A stretch of DNA of 64,000 bases from an uncultured Planctomycetaceae bacterium. Lineage in GTDB: Bacteria > Planctomycetota > Planctomycetia > Gemmatales > Gemmataceae. The translations under genes and the position numbers were made by a program. The notes below the pieces were generated by a model. That model did no database searches. It saw only the letters and a program-made list of their open reading frames with translations, and was not told where the DNA came from. Shown piece by piece: positions 46,195-57,822 of this stretch. Every line of letters starts with the position of its first letter. Position 1 is the first letter of the stretch. Where the stretch lies: positions 2,275 through 66,274 of the forward strand of contig CAWFBG010000025.1 of the NCBI GenBank assembly GCA_963813925.1. Reading direction: 5' to 3'.

Positions 46195-47796
46195 TCAAGG
46201 TTTGGCGTCCGACGGGCCGGTCGGAAGGGCGGCCGACGGTTTCAGGACTTGCCCCGCGTTCGGCCCCGTGGACGGTTCCTTGTAGTACACGTAGGCCGTG
46301 ACCGACAGGCCGGTGAACAGGGCCGCCTTGTCCGGGTCGTAATCCGTCAGCTCGACGCGCACCGGCAGCCGCTGCACGATCTTGACGTAGTTGCCCGTGG
46401 CGTTCTCCGGCGGCAGCAGCGAGAGGGTCTGCCCGGTCCCCATGGTGAAGCCGGTGATGCGGCCCTCGAACTCCTTGCGGCCGCCGTACATGTCCACCTC
46501 GCAGCGCACGCGCTGGCCGATGCGCAAGTCGGCCAGCTGCGTCTCCTTGAAGTTGGCGTCGATCCAGACCTCCGTGAGCGAGCGGACGGCCATCAGGCTT
46601 TGACCGGCCTGGACGTTGTTGCCGGGGTTGATGTTCCGGCGGGTCACCACGCCGTCGATCTCGCTGACGACGTCACAGTAACGCAGGTTCAGCTCGGCCT
46701 GCTCCAGGTCGTGTCGCGCCTGCGCCAGCTCGGCCCTGGCCTGCATCACCGAGGGGACGGTGGGAACCAGGTCGCGCAGGTGCTGATCCAGGTTCCCGTC
46801 CTTGACGCGCCGGCTAAACTCCTCGATGGCCTTTTGCGGCGTAAGCTCGGTGGACGTGAGCGGCTGGCCGAGTTCGGCCAGCGTCTGTGATAGATCGGTC
46901 AGCGCCGTGCGAACCCCTGAGTAGGTCTGGTCGAGGTCCGGCGGCACGTCCGTAAGGTCCTTGCCTTCCGGGGGTTGGGCCGGCAGTCCGAGGCCGGCCC
47001 GGAGCTGGTAGATGTCCTCGAGCGACTGAGTGAAAGCGGCCTGCGCGACCCGGTACTGCTGCACACGCGTTTCGAAGTCCTCCTGGCTGGCGGCCGACTT
47101 GGCGACGAGCGCACGGTAGCGTTCGTACTCGGACTTCGCCAGGTCGAGGGTGGCCTGCTTGGTCTTCAGGGCGGCCGCCAGGGCCCGCACCATGGCGACC
47201 TGGGCGTGGACGTTTTCGAAGGCGCTTTGGAGCTTCCAGCGCTGGCTGCCCAGCTGGGCCTCCAGGCCGCGGGCCTTGGCCTCGGCCAGGGCCAGGTTCG
47301 CCTCGGCCGACTGGACGGCATCGCGCTTCAGATTGACCTGCACCTGGAACGGCTCCTTGTCGAGCTGGACGAGCAGGTCCCCCTTCTTGACGCGGTCGTT
47401 GTCGTCCACCAGGACCCGGGCCACCTGGCCGGCCACCCGCGGCGCCACGAAGGTCACGTGGCCGTTGACGTAGGCGTCGTCGGTGCTGACGGTGTTGAGC
47501 GCCGTGTTCACCCACGGAACCAGGAAGTATCCCGCGACCGCCAGGCCGGCCGCGGCCCCCGCCAGCAGCAGCCACTTCCGCCAGCGGTGCGCGGGCGGCG
47601 TGGCGACGGGCGGTTGGGGCTCGTGGACGCGGGGCGAACCGTCCGTTGGCGCGGCGGGCGCCGGGGCGTGCGGGGGCGGGTCGGCCGTGGCGGGCGAGGC
47701 GCCGTGCGCCGCCCGCGCGAGCCCCGTGCCGGCGGGGGCCAGCGCGGCCCCGGTCGGGTCGTGACCGTTCTGAGAATTCGTGCCGGGCGCGTTCAT
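46195..47796 (-). CDS. HlyD-family membrane fusion protein (EmrA-like)
   Basis: 533 aa. P/A-rich N-terminus, one TM helix, 'DDAYVNGHVTFVAPRVAGQVARVLVDDNDRVKKGDLLVQLD' lipoyl-like hairpin, long coiled coil, 'GQRVRCEVDMY...NYVKIVQRLPVRV'. Confidence 0.9.
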   Translation of the reverse strand: MNAPGTNSQNGHDPTGAALAPAGTGLARAAHGASPATADPPPHAPAPAAPTDGSPRVHEPQPPVATPPAHRWRKWLLLAGAAAGLAVAGYFLVPWVNTALNTVSTDDAYVNGHVTFVAPRVAGQVARVLVDDNDRVKKGDLLVQLDKEPFQVQVNLKRDAVQSAEANLALAEAKARGLEAQLGSQRWKLQSAFENVHAQVAMVRALAAALKTKQATLDLAKSEYERYRALVAKSAASQEDFETRVQQYRVAQAAFTQSLEDIYQLRAGLGLPAQPPEGKDLTDVPPDLDQTYSGVRTALTDLSQTLAELGQPLTSTELTPQKAIEEFSRRVKDGNLDQHLRDLVPTVPSVMQARAELAQARHDLEQAELNLRYCDVVSEIDGVVTRRNINPGNNVQAGQSLMAVRSLTEVWIDANFKETQLADLRIGQRVRCEVDMYGGRKEFEGRITGFTMGTGQTLSLLPPENATGNYVKIVQRLPVRVELTDYDPDKAALFTGLSVTAYVYYKEPSTGPNAGQVLKPSAALPTGPSDAKP

Positions 47797-47903
47797 GATT
47801 TAACTCCTATTAAGACCGTGTAAATGTTTCGAAAGGACGGCGTGAGGCCGCCTCGCATTCGAGCCTTCGACTCAGCAACCTGGGAATCGCTTCGCCCGCG
47901 CCC

Positions 47904-48560
47904 TTACGGGGCGGCCGTCTGTTTCTCGAACTCCCGGCGGGTGTCCTCGTCCACGAAGTAGTAGGTCCGCCCGTCGCGCTCCAATGAGGACGCGGCAAGG
48001 TGCTTCGGGAATAGAATCCGGGAGACGGGGTCCTCGACGAGTCGGTCTTTGAGCTGCTCCCGCAGCGCGGCGTCCTGGCGTACCAGGGCCAGGTAGGACT
48101 TCACGAAGGCCACGATCCGGTCGTCGAACCACTGCACGACCGCATCGTCCTGGACAGCGTCCAGCGGGAACATGAACAGCGAAGGCCGGTCGCAGCCGAC
48201 CAGCACCGGGACGATTTCCTGCGTACATTCCAGGCGGACATGCGTCACGTCCCGATCCGGGGACAGCTCAAAGGTCAGCGTCGCCTTCGCCACGGTGGCG
48301 GCGAATGTCAGGTTCACACCGTTGGTGTGTTCGCGAACCGTGGGCTCCGCCTGGACCACGGGCTGGAACCGGTCGATGAAGGCGTCCAGGCGGGGCTTCA
48401 GCAGTTCGATGACGTGCTGGGCCGCGGCGTCATAGCGCCGGAGCCGCATCTCGCGCTCGCGGTTCTCTCGCACCATCTCGGCCCGTGCCGCCTTCTCATT
48501 ACCCACTACCGCCGCAACCTCGTGGTCGATCCGGTTGATCAAGGCATCGACGCTGGTCAT
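47904..48560 (-). CDS. Hypothetical protein with a cysteine-less YHS-like C-terminus
   Basis: ATG at 48560 preceded by AGGAGGG. The C-terminal 'DPVSRILF...GRTYYFVDEDTRREFEKQ' resembles the YHS pattern DPVCGM...G.TYYFCS..C...F with the Cys residues replaced. Confidence 0.6.
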   Translation of the reverse strand: MTSVDALINRIDHEVAAVVGNEKAARAEMVRENREREMRLRRYDAAAQHVIELLKPRLDAFIDRFQPVVQAEPTVREHTNGVNLTFAATVAKATLTFELSPDRDVTHVRLECTQEIVPVLVGCDRPSLFMFPLDAVQDDAVVQWFDDRIVAFVKSYLALVRQDAALREQLKDRLVEDPVSRILFPKHLAASSLERDGRTYYFVDEDTRREFEKQTAAP

Positions 48561-48764
48561 GATGCAGCCCTCCTGTGTGGATGAACTCGGTTGCCATCGC
48601 GTGCTGATCGGGCGGGTGGACATTGCTCCCTGGCTCGGGACGGCCGCCGCCTGGAATCCGAACCGCGGCCGTCGGCGGAATGCGCCTCGTGCTCGTCCTC
48701 GAGGATCGCAAGCCATGCGCCATCGGCAATCCCTTGTGTCGTCGATCCATAATGCCTTTCCTTT

Positions 48765-49232
48765 TCAGGAGTTGCGAGCGCCGCAGCCGACCGCACCCGT
48801 GAGAGGACGCCCGTCGGTCGTGTCGGGGCCGCACGGCCGCGGTGCGGAACCGCACAGCGGCGATTCGCCATGATGAATAAGACAGGGCGGGCGATTCCCC
48901 TGGGCGTGCGCCGACTGGTTGCCGTCGGCGGCACGGTAGGGGCGGGCACCGAGCGCAGCGCGGCCGGCTCCGAGGGTGGGCCCCTTCGTCAGTTGCTGCT
49001 CGGCGTAGCGGTCCAGCGCGGCCCGCCACCGCCGGTCGGCGCGGGCGCGGGAGGAATACCACGTCATGCCGGCGAGCGCCGCGAGGGCCAGGACCGCGAC
49101 AAGAGAAGCAGCCTTCCAGGACAAATCGGCTGCCGAAGCGAGCCAAAGCCCGCCGAAGCACCCGACGAGAAACAGTCCGGCCGTCACGGGAGCGACCGGC
49201 CAGGCCGGAAGCAGTCGCCGGGGGTGAGCCAT
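48765..49232 (-). CDS. Hypothetical small membrane protein (boundaries uncertain)
   Basis: Two hydrophobic helices (VTAGLFLVGCFGGLWLA; AASLVAVLALAALAGM), then 'RRWRAALDRYAEQQL'. The C-terminal third is low-complexity and may be out of frame. Confidence 0.4.
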   Translation of the reverse strand: MAHPRRLLPAWPVAPVTAGLFLVGCFGGLWLASAADLSWKAASLVAVLALAALAGMTWYSSRARADRRWRAALDRYAEQQLTKGPTLGAGRAALGARPYRAADGNQSAHAQGNRPPCLIHHGESPLCGSAPRPCGPDTTDGRPLTGAVGCGARNS

Positions 49233-49260
49233 CGCGCTGGTCTTCAAGTTGCACCTCAGT

Positions 49261-49584
49261 TCAGTTTCGCCTGGTTTTCGCTTTCCGCTTCGGATGCCCG
49301 TCGTCGCGAACGGCCGTCTGAGTAATCTCGTCCACGACGGCCTTCGTCAGGCAGTCCGGGGCGATGAATTCGGCCCCCTGCCGGTGCATGGCAACCAGGC
49401 AGGCCTGGCCCGCCGCGTCGATGAAGGTCGCGCCCGTCAGGTCCACGCGGAGGATCGGTTCGCGCCGGCGGGCCAGGGCGTCTTGCCAGCACTTCTCCAG
49501 CTCCCGCACCCACAGCCCCGCCAAGCTCCCTTCGAGCTGGAATGTGAGGGCCGCCGGGTTGTCGTGGACGGTGATCCGCAACAT
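49261..49584 (-). CDS. STAS-domain protein (anti-sigma-factor-antagonist-like)
   Basis: 107 aa. 'LTFQLEGSLAGLWVRELEKCW...ILRVDLTGATFIDAAGQACLVAM' fits the STAS pattern. The usually phosphorylated Ser position reads Ala (IDAAG). Confidence 0.7.
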   Translation of the reverse strand: MLRITVHDNPAALTFQLEGSLAGLWVRELEKCWQDALARRREPILRVDLTGATFIDAAGQACLVAMHRQGAEFIAPDCLTKAVVDEITQTAVRDDGHPKRKAKTRRN

Positions 49585-49750
49585 GGCTCACGTCCTTTCC
49601 TGCGTTTTCCTGCACCCCCCCCAAAGCAGGGGCCGTGCCGGCGCAGGGGCCTCCGATGCGTCTCCTCGCAAGGCAAGGTTTCGTATCGGGTTGCGGACGG
49701 AGCGGAACGAAACGGGCCGGGGAACAGACGGGAAGCGCCACTCGGCAAGC

Positions 49751-49782
49751 GCCGCCCGGGCGGCGCTCGCCGCCCGGGCGGC
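49751..49782. promoter_or_regulatory. Two tandem copies (18-bp period) of the perfect 14-bp palindrome GCCGCCCGGGCGGC in the divergent intergenic region
   Basis: Copies at 49751-49764 and 49769-49782. They lie in the 471-bp gap between the STAS operon (-) and the ECF sigma gene (+). The operator role is an inference only. Confidence 0.35.
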
Positions 49783-50055
49783 GCTCCTCATCCGGGCCGG
49801 GTCGCGGTGCGTGGCCGCCGCCAGCCGGACGTCCACTGTAACGGCCAGCAAGGGTCGGTCGGGGCCGCCGGGGGCCGTTGCCTGTCCGTCGAGGTGCAGC
49901 GCTGGTCATGGCCAAACCCCTAATCAATCACTCATCCGGAACTCGCCCGCGACCTCCTACGGAATCCCTCCCGGACGTACACTTAAGCGTGGCGGCGTTG
50001 CACTCGTTCGCGGTATAATCGGCCGACACCGCCGCCCTCCCGCCGAGGAGGCCGC

Positions 50056-50658
50056 ATGCAAGAGGAACGCACCACGGCCGTCGTCCAGCGCTACCTGGAC
50101 CAGCTGGCCGGCGACACGCCCTCCGAGGAGGCCGTCCGCGCCCTGCTCGACCGGGCGGTCGGCCGGCTGCACCAGCTCTGCGCCGCCCTCCTGCACCGGA
50201 GCTACCCGCGCCTGGCGCGGCCGCCCCTCAACCTCCAGGCGGACGAGTTGCTCGGCGCGGTGGTCGAGCGGCTGCTCAAGGCGATGCGCGAGGTCCGCCC
50301 GGGCACGGTGCGCCAGTTCTTCGCCCTGGCCAGTCAGCACATGCGGTGGGAGCTGAATGAAATGGCCCGCCGCCTAGATGAGCGGCCGACCCCCGTGGAG
50401 CTGCGCGAGGGGTTGGCGCCCGCCCCGGCCAGCAGCGACTCGATGCTCACGCCGGACTCCCGCCGCATGCTGGACGCGATCGCCAAGTTGCCGGAGCCCG
50501 AGCGGGAGGTGTTCGACCTGGTTCGGATTCAGGGGCTGTCGCAGGCCGAGGCCGCTGAGGTGCTCGGCGTCTCGGCCGCGACCGTGAACCGGCGGCTGAA
50601 TCGGGGCCTTCAGCTGCTGCTCGACATGCTGGCCGACCTCCGCCCAGAAAAAGGATGA
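50056..50658 (+). CDS. ECF-type RNA polymerase sigma factor (kinase-associated, ECF43-like)
   Basis: 200 aa with RBS GAGGAGG. The N-terminus 'VVQRYLDQLAGD...' is typical of the planctomycete ECF family. Region 4 is 'LPEPEREVFDLVRIQGLSQAEAAEVLGVSAATVNRRL'. Confidence 0.85.
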   Translation: MQEERTTAVVQRYLDQLAGDTPSEEAVRALLDRAVGRLHQLCAALLHRSYPRLARPPLNLQADELLGAVVERLLKAMREVRPGTVRQFFALASQHMRWELNEMARRLDERPTPVELREGLAPAPASSDSMLTPDSRRMLDAIAKLPEPEREVFDLVRIQGLSQAEAAEVLGVSAATVNRRLNRGLQLLLDMLADLRPEKG

Positions 50659-50735
50659 GGAATGAAGGATGAGGGATGAAAGAAAACAGGACCGCTTCCG
50701 GTCTTCTTTCATCCCTCATCCTTCATCCCTCATCC
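50653..50735. repeat. 32-bp-stem hairpin built from GGATGAR units between the sigma and kinase genes
   Basis: GGATGAGGAATGAAGGATGAGGGATGAAAGAA (50653-50684) pairs with TTCTTTCATCCCTCATCCTTCATCCCTCATCC (50704-50735), with one mismatch. The left arm contains the sigma stop codon. Confidence 0.9.
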
Positions 50736-50757
50736 CTCCGAAGAGGAGGGCCGCGCG

Positions 50758-53700
50758 ATGACCGACGACGGGTGCCTGTCCCAACTGATCGACGAACTGC
50801 TCAGCTCGCAAGCCACGCCGGAAGAGGTATGCGCCTCCTGCCCCGAGCTGCTGCCCCAGGTACGCGCCCGGTGGCAGAAGATGCGCCTCCTCCGGGCCAA
50901 TCTGGACGCGATGTTCCCTCCTCCGACGGAGTCGGACGCAAGCGCGCCGTCGATCCCGCCGGAGGGCGCCGCCCTGCCCGAAGTCCCCGGCTATGAAGTG
51001 GAGGGGGAGCTGGGCCGCGGCGGCATGGGCGTCGTCTACCGGGCCTGGCACCTGCGCCTGAATCGACCCGTCGCCCTGAAAATGCTGCTGGCCGGCGCCT
51101 ATGCCCGGCCGGCGGAGCGGGAGCGCTTCCTCCGCGAGGCGCAGGCGGTTGCCGCGCTGCACCACCCCAACATCGTGCCGGTCTACGACGCCGGCGAGGT
51201 GGACGGCCGGCCCTACTTCACCATGGAGCTGATCGAGGGCGGCAGCCTCGTTCAGCAAATCCAGGGGGTTCCTCAACCGGTTCGCCAGGCGGCCGCCCTG
51301 GCGGCGACGCTGGCCGACGCCGTCCACGCGGCGCACCAGAGCGGCATCGTGCATCGGGATCTCAAGCCGGCAAACATCCTGCTCACCGGGGATGGCACGC
51401 CCAAGGTCGCCGACTTTGGCCTGGCTCGGCGGCTGGAAGGCGACGGGGGCCTCACGCTCAGCGGCGCCCCGATGGGGACGCCGAGCTACATGGCCCCCGA
51501 GCAGGCGCGCGGCGAGAAGCGGGCGATCGGGCCGGCCACGGACGTGTACGCCCTGGGGGCGATCCTGTACGAGATGCTGACGGGCCGGCCGCCGTTCCGC
51601 GCCGAGTCGGCGACGGCGACGCTGCAGCAGGTGGTGGCCGACGAGCCGGTGCCGCCGGCGCGGCTGAACCCGCAGGCGCCGCGCGACCTGGAAACCATCT
51701 GCCTGAAGTGCCTGCACAAGGAGCCGCACAGGCGCTACATCAGCGCCCAGGCGTTGGCGGACGACCTGCGCCGCTTTCGGCGCGGCGAGCCCATCACCGC
51801 CCGCCCGCTGGGCCGGCTGGAGCGCGTCGCCCGGTGGGCGCGGCGTCGCCCGGCGGCGGCGGTGCTGCTCGCCGGCGCGTTGTTGGTTGCGACCGCCGTG
51901 CTGGGCGGCGCGGGCTGGCTGATCGGGCGGTGGCTTCTCACCGCGCGAGGGGTGGAGGCGGACTTGCGGGAGGCGGATCGGTTGCAGCAGCAGTCGGCCC
52001 TCCCCGAGGCCGGCGCCGCACTGAAGCAGGCCCGGTCCCGGCTCGGCGACGGCGGGCCGTTCTGGCTATACCCGGCCGTAGAGGCGGCCCGCCGCGACCA
52101 CGAATTCCTGGTCCGGCTCGAGGCGATCCGCCTGAACCGATATACTCTGGCCGAGGGGCAGCTCCATCACGGCGCTCTGCTGCGCTTCAACAAGGCCCGG
52201 GCGGATCGGGACTACGCCGAGGCGTTCCGGGACCAGGGGCTGGGCGAGCCTGGCGACGACCCGGAGGGGGTCGCGGCGCGCGTCCGGGCCTCCCAATGGG
52301 CCGCCCACATCGTCGCCGCGCTGGAGGACTGGGCGGTCTGTGCCGCCGACCCGGCCCGGCAGGATTGGCTGCTGGGCGTGGCGCGCCGGGCGGACCCCGA
52401 CCCCTGGCGCGACCGGGTGCGCGACCCGGCGGCCTGGAGAGATGGGAAGGCCCTGGCCGAGTTGGCGCAGGCGGCGCCGCTGGCGGAGCAGCCCGTACCG
52501 ATGCTGCTGGCGCTGGGCGAACGGCTGACCGCGACCGGTGAGGACGGGGTCGGCTTTCTCCGGCGCGTCCGGGAGCAATATCCCGACGACTTCTGGGCGA
52601 ACTTTACGCTGGCCCTGGCGCTGCACGGCGCGGAAAGGTGCCCGGGGGGCGACCCCGCGCCGGCCCTGGCCTATTACGAGAAGGCTCTGAAAATCCGCCC
52701 GGACGAGGCCGCCGTTCTGAATGACGTCGGCCTCGCCCAGATTGACAAGTACTGGATCTGGGACGCCGCTACCACCTTGCACCGGCTCGTGAAGAACCAT
52801 CCCCGGTTCGCGCCGGGCCTGAACAACCTCGGCGTGGCCCTGGAACGCAAGGGCTATTGGCCCCTGGCGGTGCTCACGTACCAGGACGCCCTGGAGATCG
52901 ATCCCCAGTTGGCCGCCGCCGATTGCAACCTCGGCGCGATCCAGGCCGGTTCGGGGTCCTTGGACGAGGCGATCAACCACTACCGGCAGGCCCTGCGGAG
53001 CGACCCCGATTGTGCCCGGGCTCACCACTTGCTCGGTATCGCCCTGGTCGCCAAGGGCCGGTTTGAAGAGGCGGACGACGATTACGCGGAGAGCGTGAAA
53101 CCCCTCAACCCGTTCCGTGGTCCGGCCCTGGACGAGGCGATGGCTTGTTACAAGCAGGCCCAGGACTGTGACCCCAAGTGGACCCCGGCCCGTAACACGC
53201 TCCGCATTCCCACGCAGGATGAGGCCCGACTGAAGGAAGCCATCGACCACTACCGCCAGGGCGTCCGGATTGAACCTTATTTCGCCTGGTGCCATGGGGC
53301 GCTGGGCCAGGCGCTGCTCGCCCGGCATGAGTTCACCGAGGCCGAGGCCGAGATCCGGCGGGGCCTCGACCTGGCCCCCGAGGGGGAAAAGTTCCATGCT
53401 AACCTGGAACGCCTGCTGCAGCGCTGCCAGCGCCTGCGCGCCTGGAAGATCGTCTACCCGCCGTCGTCCAGGGTAAGGACAGGCCCGTCGCCGCCGACTG
53501 CCTCGACCTGGCGGAACTCTGTCTCGTCAAGAGCCACTACGCCACGGCCGCACGCCTCTATGCCGAGGCGCTGTTGGCCACACCTCAATTGACCGAGGAC
53601 CTGCGCGCCGGCCACCGGTTCAACGCCGCCCGCGCCGCCGCCCTGGCCGGCGGCGGTCAGGGCGACGACGTGGCCGGGCTCAGGGAGCCCGAGCGAGAGG

Positions 53701-53951
53701 GGTTACGCAAGCAAGCGCGTGACTGGTTGCGACTCGACCTGGCCGCCTGGGCCAAGAAGGTGGACACGGGCACGGCGGCGGACCGCATCCAGGCCCAGAA
53801 GACGTTGGCGCCCTGGCGGGACGACCCCGACCTGGCCGGGCTGCGCGACGCGGACGCCCTGGAGAAGCCGCCTCCGGCCGAGCGGCAGGAATGCCAGGCG
53901 CTGTGGCAAGAGGCGGCAGACCTGCTCCGCCGTGCCGAAACGACCCGGTGA
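50758..53951 (+). CDS. Ser/Thr protein kinase with TM helix and a long TPR-repeat C-terminus; one frame break at ~53441
   Basis: 'LGRGGMGVVYRA...ALKML', 'HRDLKPANILL', 'KVADFGLAR', 'GTPSYMAPEQ', TM 'AAAVLLAGALLVATAVLGGAGWLI', TPR repeats. Adding one C at the CC at 53441-53442 gives ...RLRALEDRLPAVVQGKDRPVAADCLDLAELC... continuing into ORF 53574-53951. Confidence 0.85.
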
Positions 53952-53979
53952 GCACAGCGCAGACGCCGCCCCGGGAGCG

Positions 53980-55530
<1,551 letters not shown>

Positions 55531-55776
55531 GGTGCAAACCCTGGTCACTCACTCATCCGGGACCATCATACGGTGCATTGCATCCCCGGGCGTTCGAAGT
55601 CGCCTGCGTGAAGAGGATTTTACCATTTCTCTCAGGCTATCGGGCAGGAGTTGGCGCGCGTCGATCCGACGCGCCGAAGTGCCTTTTGAGCATCTTCGGA
55701 CGAATCCGCTGTTGGTTGTAGCCAAACAGACTCAGCGGCGGCCGGCATTCATACCCTCATGACGTGTCCGTCCTTC

Positions 55777-56780
55777 TCAATGGCTCCGATGCACCACCCG
55801 ATCCGTAACCGCCTCCAAGATGGTCCGGCACGCCGACGGCGGTAGGCACGCCAATTCCTTCCGCGCCTTGCCGGCGAACTCCTCCGCCTTCCGCCGCGCG
55901 TAGTCAAGCCCATCGCTCTCCGTCAGGCACGGCCGCAGCAACTCGCGCCGGCAGTTATCCGGCCCCAGTAGGATTTGCCGCACACGCTCCGCCAGTCCCT
56001 TCGGTCCGTACTGCAACACGCGGATCAGCGGCAGCGTCATCTTCTGCTGTTCCAGGTCGGTGCCCAGCGATTTGCCCGTCGTCTGCTCGTCGCCCACCAG
56101 GTCGAGCAGGTCGTCCGCGATCTGGAAGGCCAGGCCGACGTAGCGGCCGAATCGCGCCAACGCCTGCACCACCTCCGCCGACGCGCCGCTGAACAGAGCC
56201 CCAGGTGGCAGGCGCAGGCCAGCAATTCCGCCGTTTTGCCGTCGATCATGTCGAAATAGTCCGACTCCGTCAGGTCGAGGTTGCCGCGCTCCAGCCCCTG
56301 ACAGAGTTCGCCTTCACAGACCCGGTTCGTCGCCTTGCCGATCAGCCGGCAGGCGCGAACGTCGTCCAGCGTGCTCGCCAGGTGGAAGGCGTGCGTGAAC
56401 AGGTAGTCGCCGAGCAGGACGGCGTTGTGGACGCCCCAGCCGGCGTTGACCGTCGGCGTGTGTCGCCGCACCGAGGCGCCGTCCAGAACGTCGTCGTGAA
56501 CCAGCGTGGCCGTGTGGATCATCTCCACCACGGCGCCGAGGACGTGGTGGGCGGGCGTCGGCTTGCCGCAGGCGCGGGCCGTCAGCAGCAACAGTACCGG
56601 CCGCAGCCGCTTGCCGCGGTAGTGTCGGACGTGATCGACCACCGGCTGGACCTGTGCGTAACGGCTCTTCAATGTCTGCGAAAGGATGCGCTCGACCTCT
56701 TCCAGGTCGGCCGAGACCGGGCCGTACAGGTCGAGGGGAGGCGCGACCGTTTGCGGGACCGCCAGCATCGATTGGTTCAT
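55777..56780 (-). CDS. Polyprenyl diphosphate synthase (IspB-like, trans-IPPS), frame broken at the C-run 56199-56202
   Basis: First Asp-rich motif 'LVHDDVLD' and second 'FQIADDLLD' lie in different frames. Adding one G to the GGGG run (minus strand) gives ...CHLGALFSGASAEVVQALARFG. Confidence 0.85.
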
Positions 56781-56860
56781 GGCGCCTCACCCCCCTTACC
56801 CGCGAGAGGTTTCTGAACTTTCAATTCCTAGTGAATATGTAGCGGCGGGCGGGGCGGGCG

Positions 56861-57337
56861 TCAATCTTCGCGCCGGAACGTCCCGCTACGGCCGCCGCTC
56901 TTCTCCTCCAACCGCACGCGCTCGATCGTCATAACACGATCGACGGCCTTGCACATGTCGTACACGGTCAGGGCGGCGACGCTGACGGCGGTGAGCGCTT
57001 CCATCTCGACGCCGGTGCGGCCGAAGACGCGAACCGTCGCCGTAATGCGAAGAAGGTCGTCGGCGTCCCAGGCGAAGTCGAGGGTGGCGCCGGTGATGGG
57101 GAGAGGATGGCAGAGGGGGATGAGATCGCCGGTGCGTTTGGCGGCCATGACGCCGGCGAGGCGGGCGGTTTCGAGCACGTCGCCCTTGCTGAGGGCGCGG
57201 TCGCGGATGAGGGCGGCGGTGGCGGCGGCCATGCGCACCAAAGCACTGGCGCGGGCCTCGCGCAGCGTCTCCGGCTTGGCGCTGACGTCCACCATCCGGC
57301 TGGCGCCTTGGTCATCGAAGTGGCTGAGTTCGCTCAT
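56861..57337 (-). CDS. moaC: Cyclic pyranopterin monophosphate synthase MoaC
   Basis: 158 aa. '[14 protein letters not shown]', '[29 protein letters not shown]', '[23 protein letters not shown]'. Confidence 0.9.
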   Translation of the reverse strand: MSELSHFDDQGASRMVDVSAKPETLREARASALVRMAAATAALIRDRALSKGDVLETARLAGVMAAKRTGDLIPLCHPLPITGATLDFAWDADDLLRITATVRVFGRTGVEMEALTAVSVAALTVYDMCKAVDRVMTIERVRLEEKSGGRSGTFRRED

Positions 57338-57371
57338 GGTTTAAAACGCACGGAGGAAATGAAAACGATTC

Positions 57372-57438
57372 GGCGAGCCCGCAGCGCCAAGCAAGGGCGA
57401 CTTCCCGGCTCGCCCTTGCCTGGCGCTGCGGGCTCGCC
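57372..57438. repeat. Family-A palindromic hairpin repeat (copy 3, extended 29-bp stem) between the rhodanese gene and moaC
   Basis: GGCGAGCCCGCAGCGCCAAGCAAGGGCGA (57372-57400) pairs with TCGCCCTTGCCTGGCGCTGCGGGCTCGCC (57410-57438), with one mismatch. It contains the 21-nt family-A arm exactly. Confidence 0.9.
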
Positions 57439-57468
57439 CGATCCCCTCCGCATTCGTTCCGAACTCTC

Positions 57469-57795
57469 TTAATAGCGCGGCACGGAGGGATCGATCTGCT
57501 GCGACCAGGCGTCGATGCCGCCGGACAGCGAGGCGACGGTGGCGTAACCGAGGCGCTCCAGGAAGGCCGCGGCGGACAGGCTGCGAACCCCGTGGTGGCA
57601 GTACACCACCAGCAGCGACCCTTCCGGCGGATGGACCTCGGCGGAGCGCCGCATCAGCTGGTCCAGCGGGATGAGTTGGCTGTCCGGCAGGGCGGCGGCG
57701 TCGTGCTCCCACGGCTGGCGCACGTCGAGCAGGTGAACGGCTTCGCCGGCCTGACGCTTGGCCGACAACTGGCGCGGTTCGATCTGCTGGACCAT
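57469..57795 (-). CDS. Rhodanese-like (sulfurtransferase) single-domain protein
   Basis: Active-site loop 'VVYCHHGVRS' and 'LLDVRQPWE'. I prefer the ATG at 57795 (MVQQIEP). The ORF track starts at a TTG at 57822. Confidence 0.8.
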   Translation of the reverse strand: MVQQIEPRQLSAKRQAGEAVHLLDVRQPWEHDAAALPDSQLIPLDQLMRRSAEVHPPEGSLLVVYCHHGVRSLSAAAFLERLGYATVASLSGGIDAWSQQIDPSVPRY

Positions 57796-57822
57796 GGGTG
57801 AGTTTCTCCCGCTCCGCGTCAA

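Noticed and set aside
49585-50055. Small ORFs (e.g. 49635-49841 on the plus strand, 49588-49851 on the minus strand) in the STAS/sigma intergenic gap.
   Set aside because: They are Arg/Pro/Ala-rich, have no RBS and overlap each other in several frames. I treat the region as a non-coding regulatory region.
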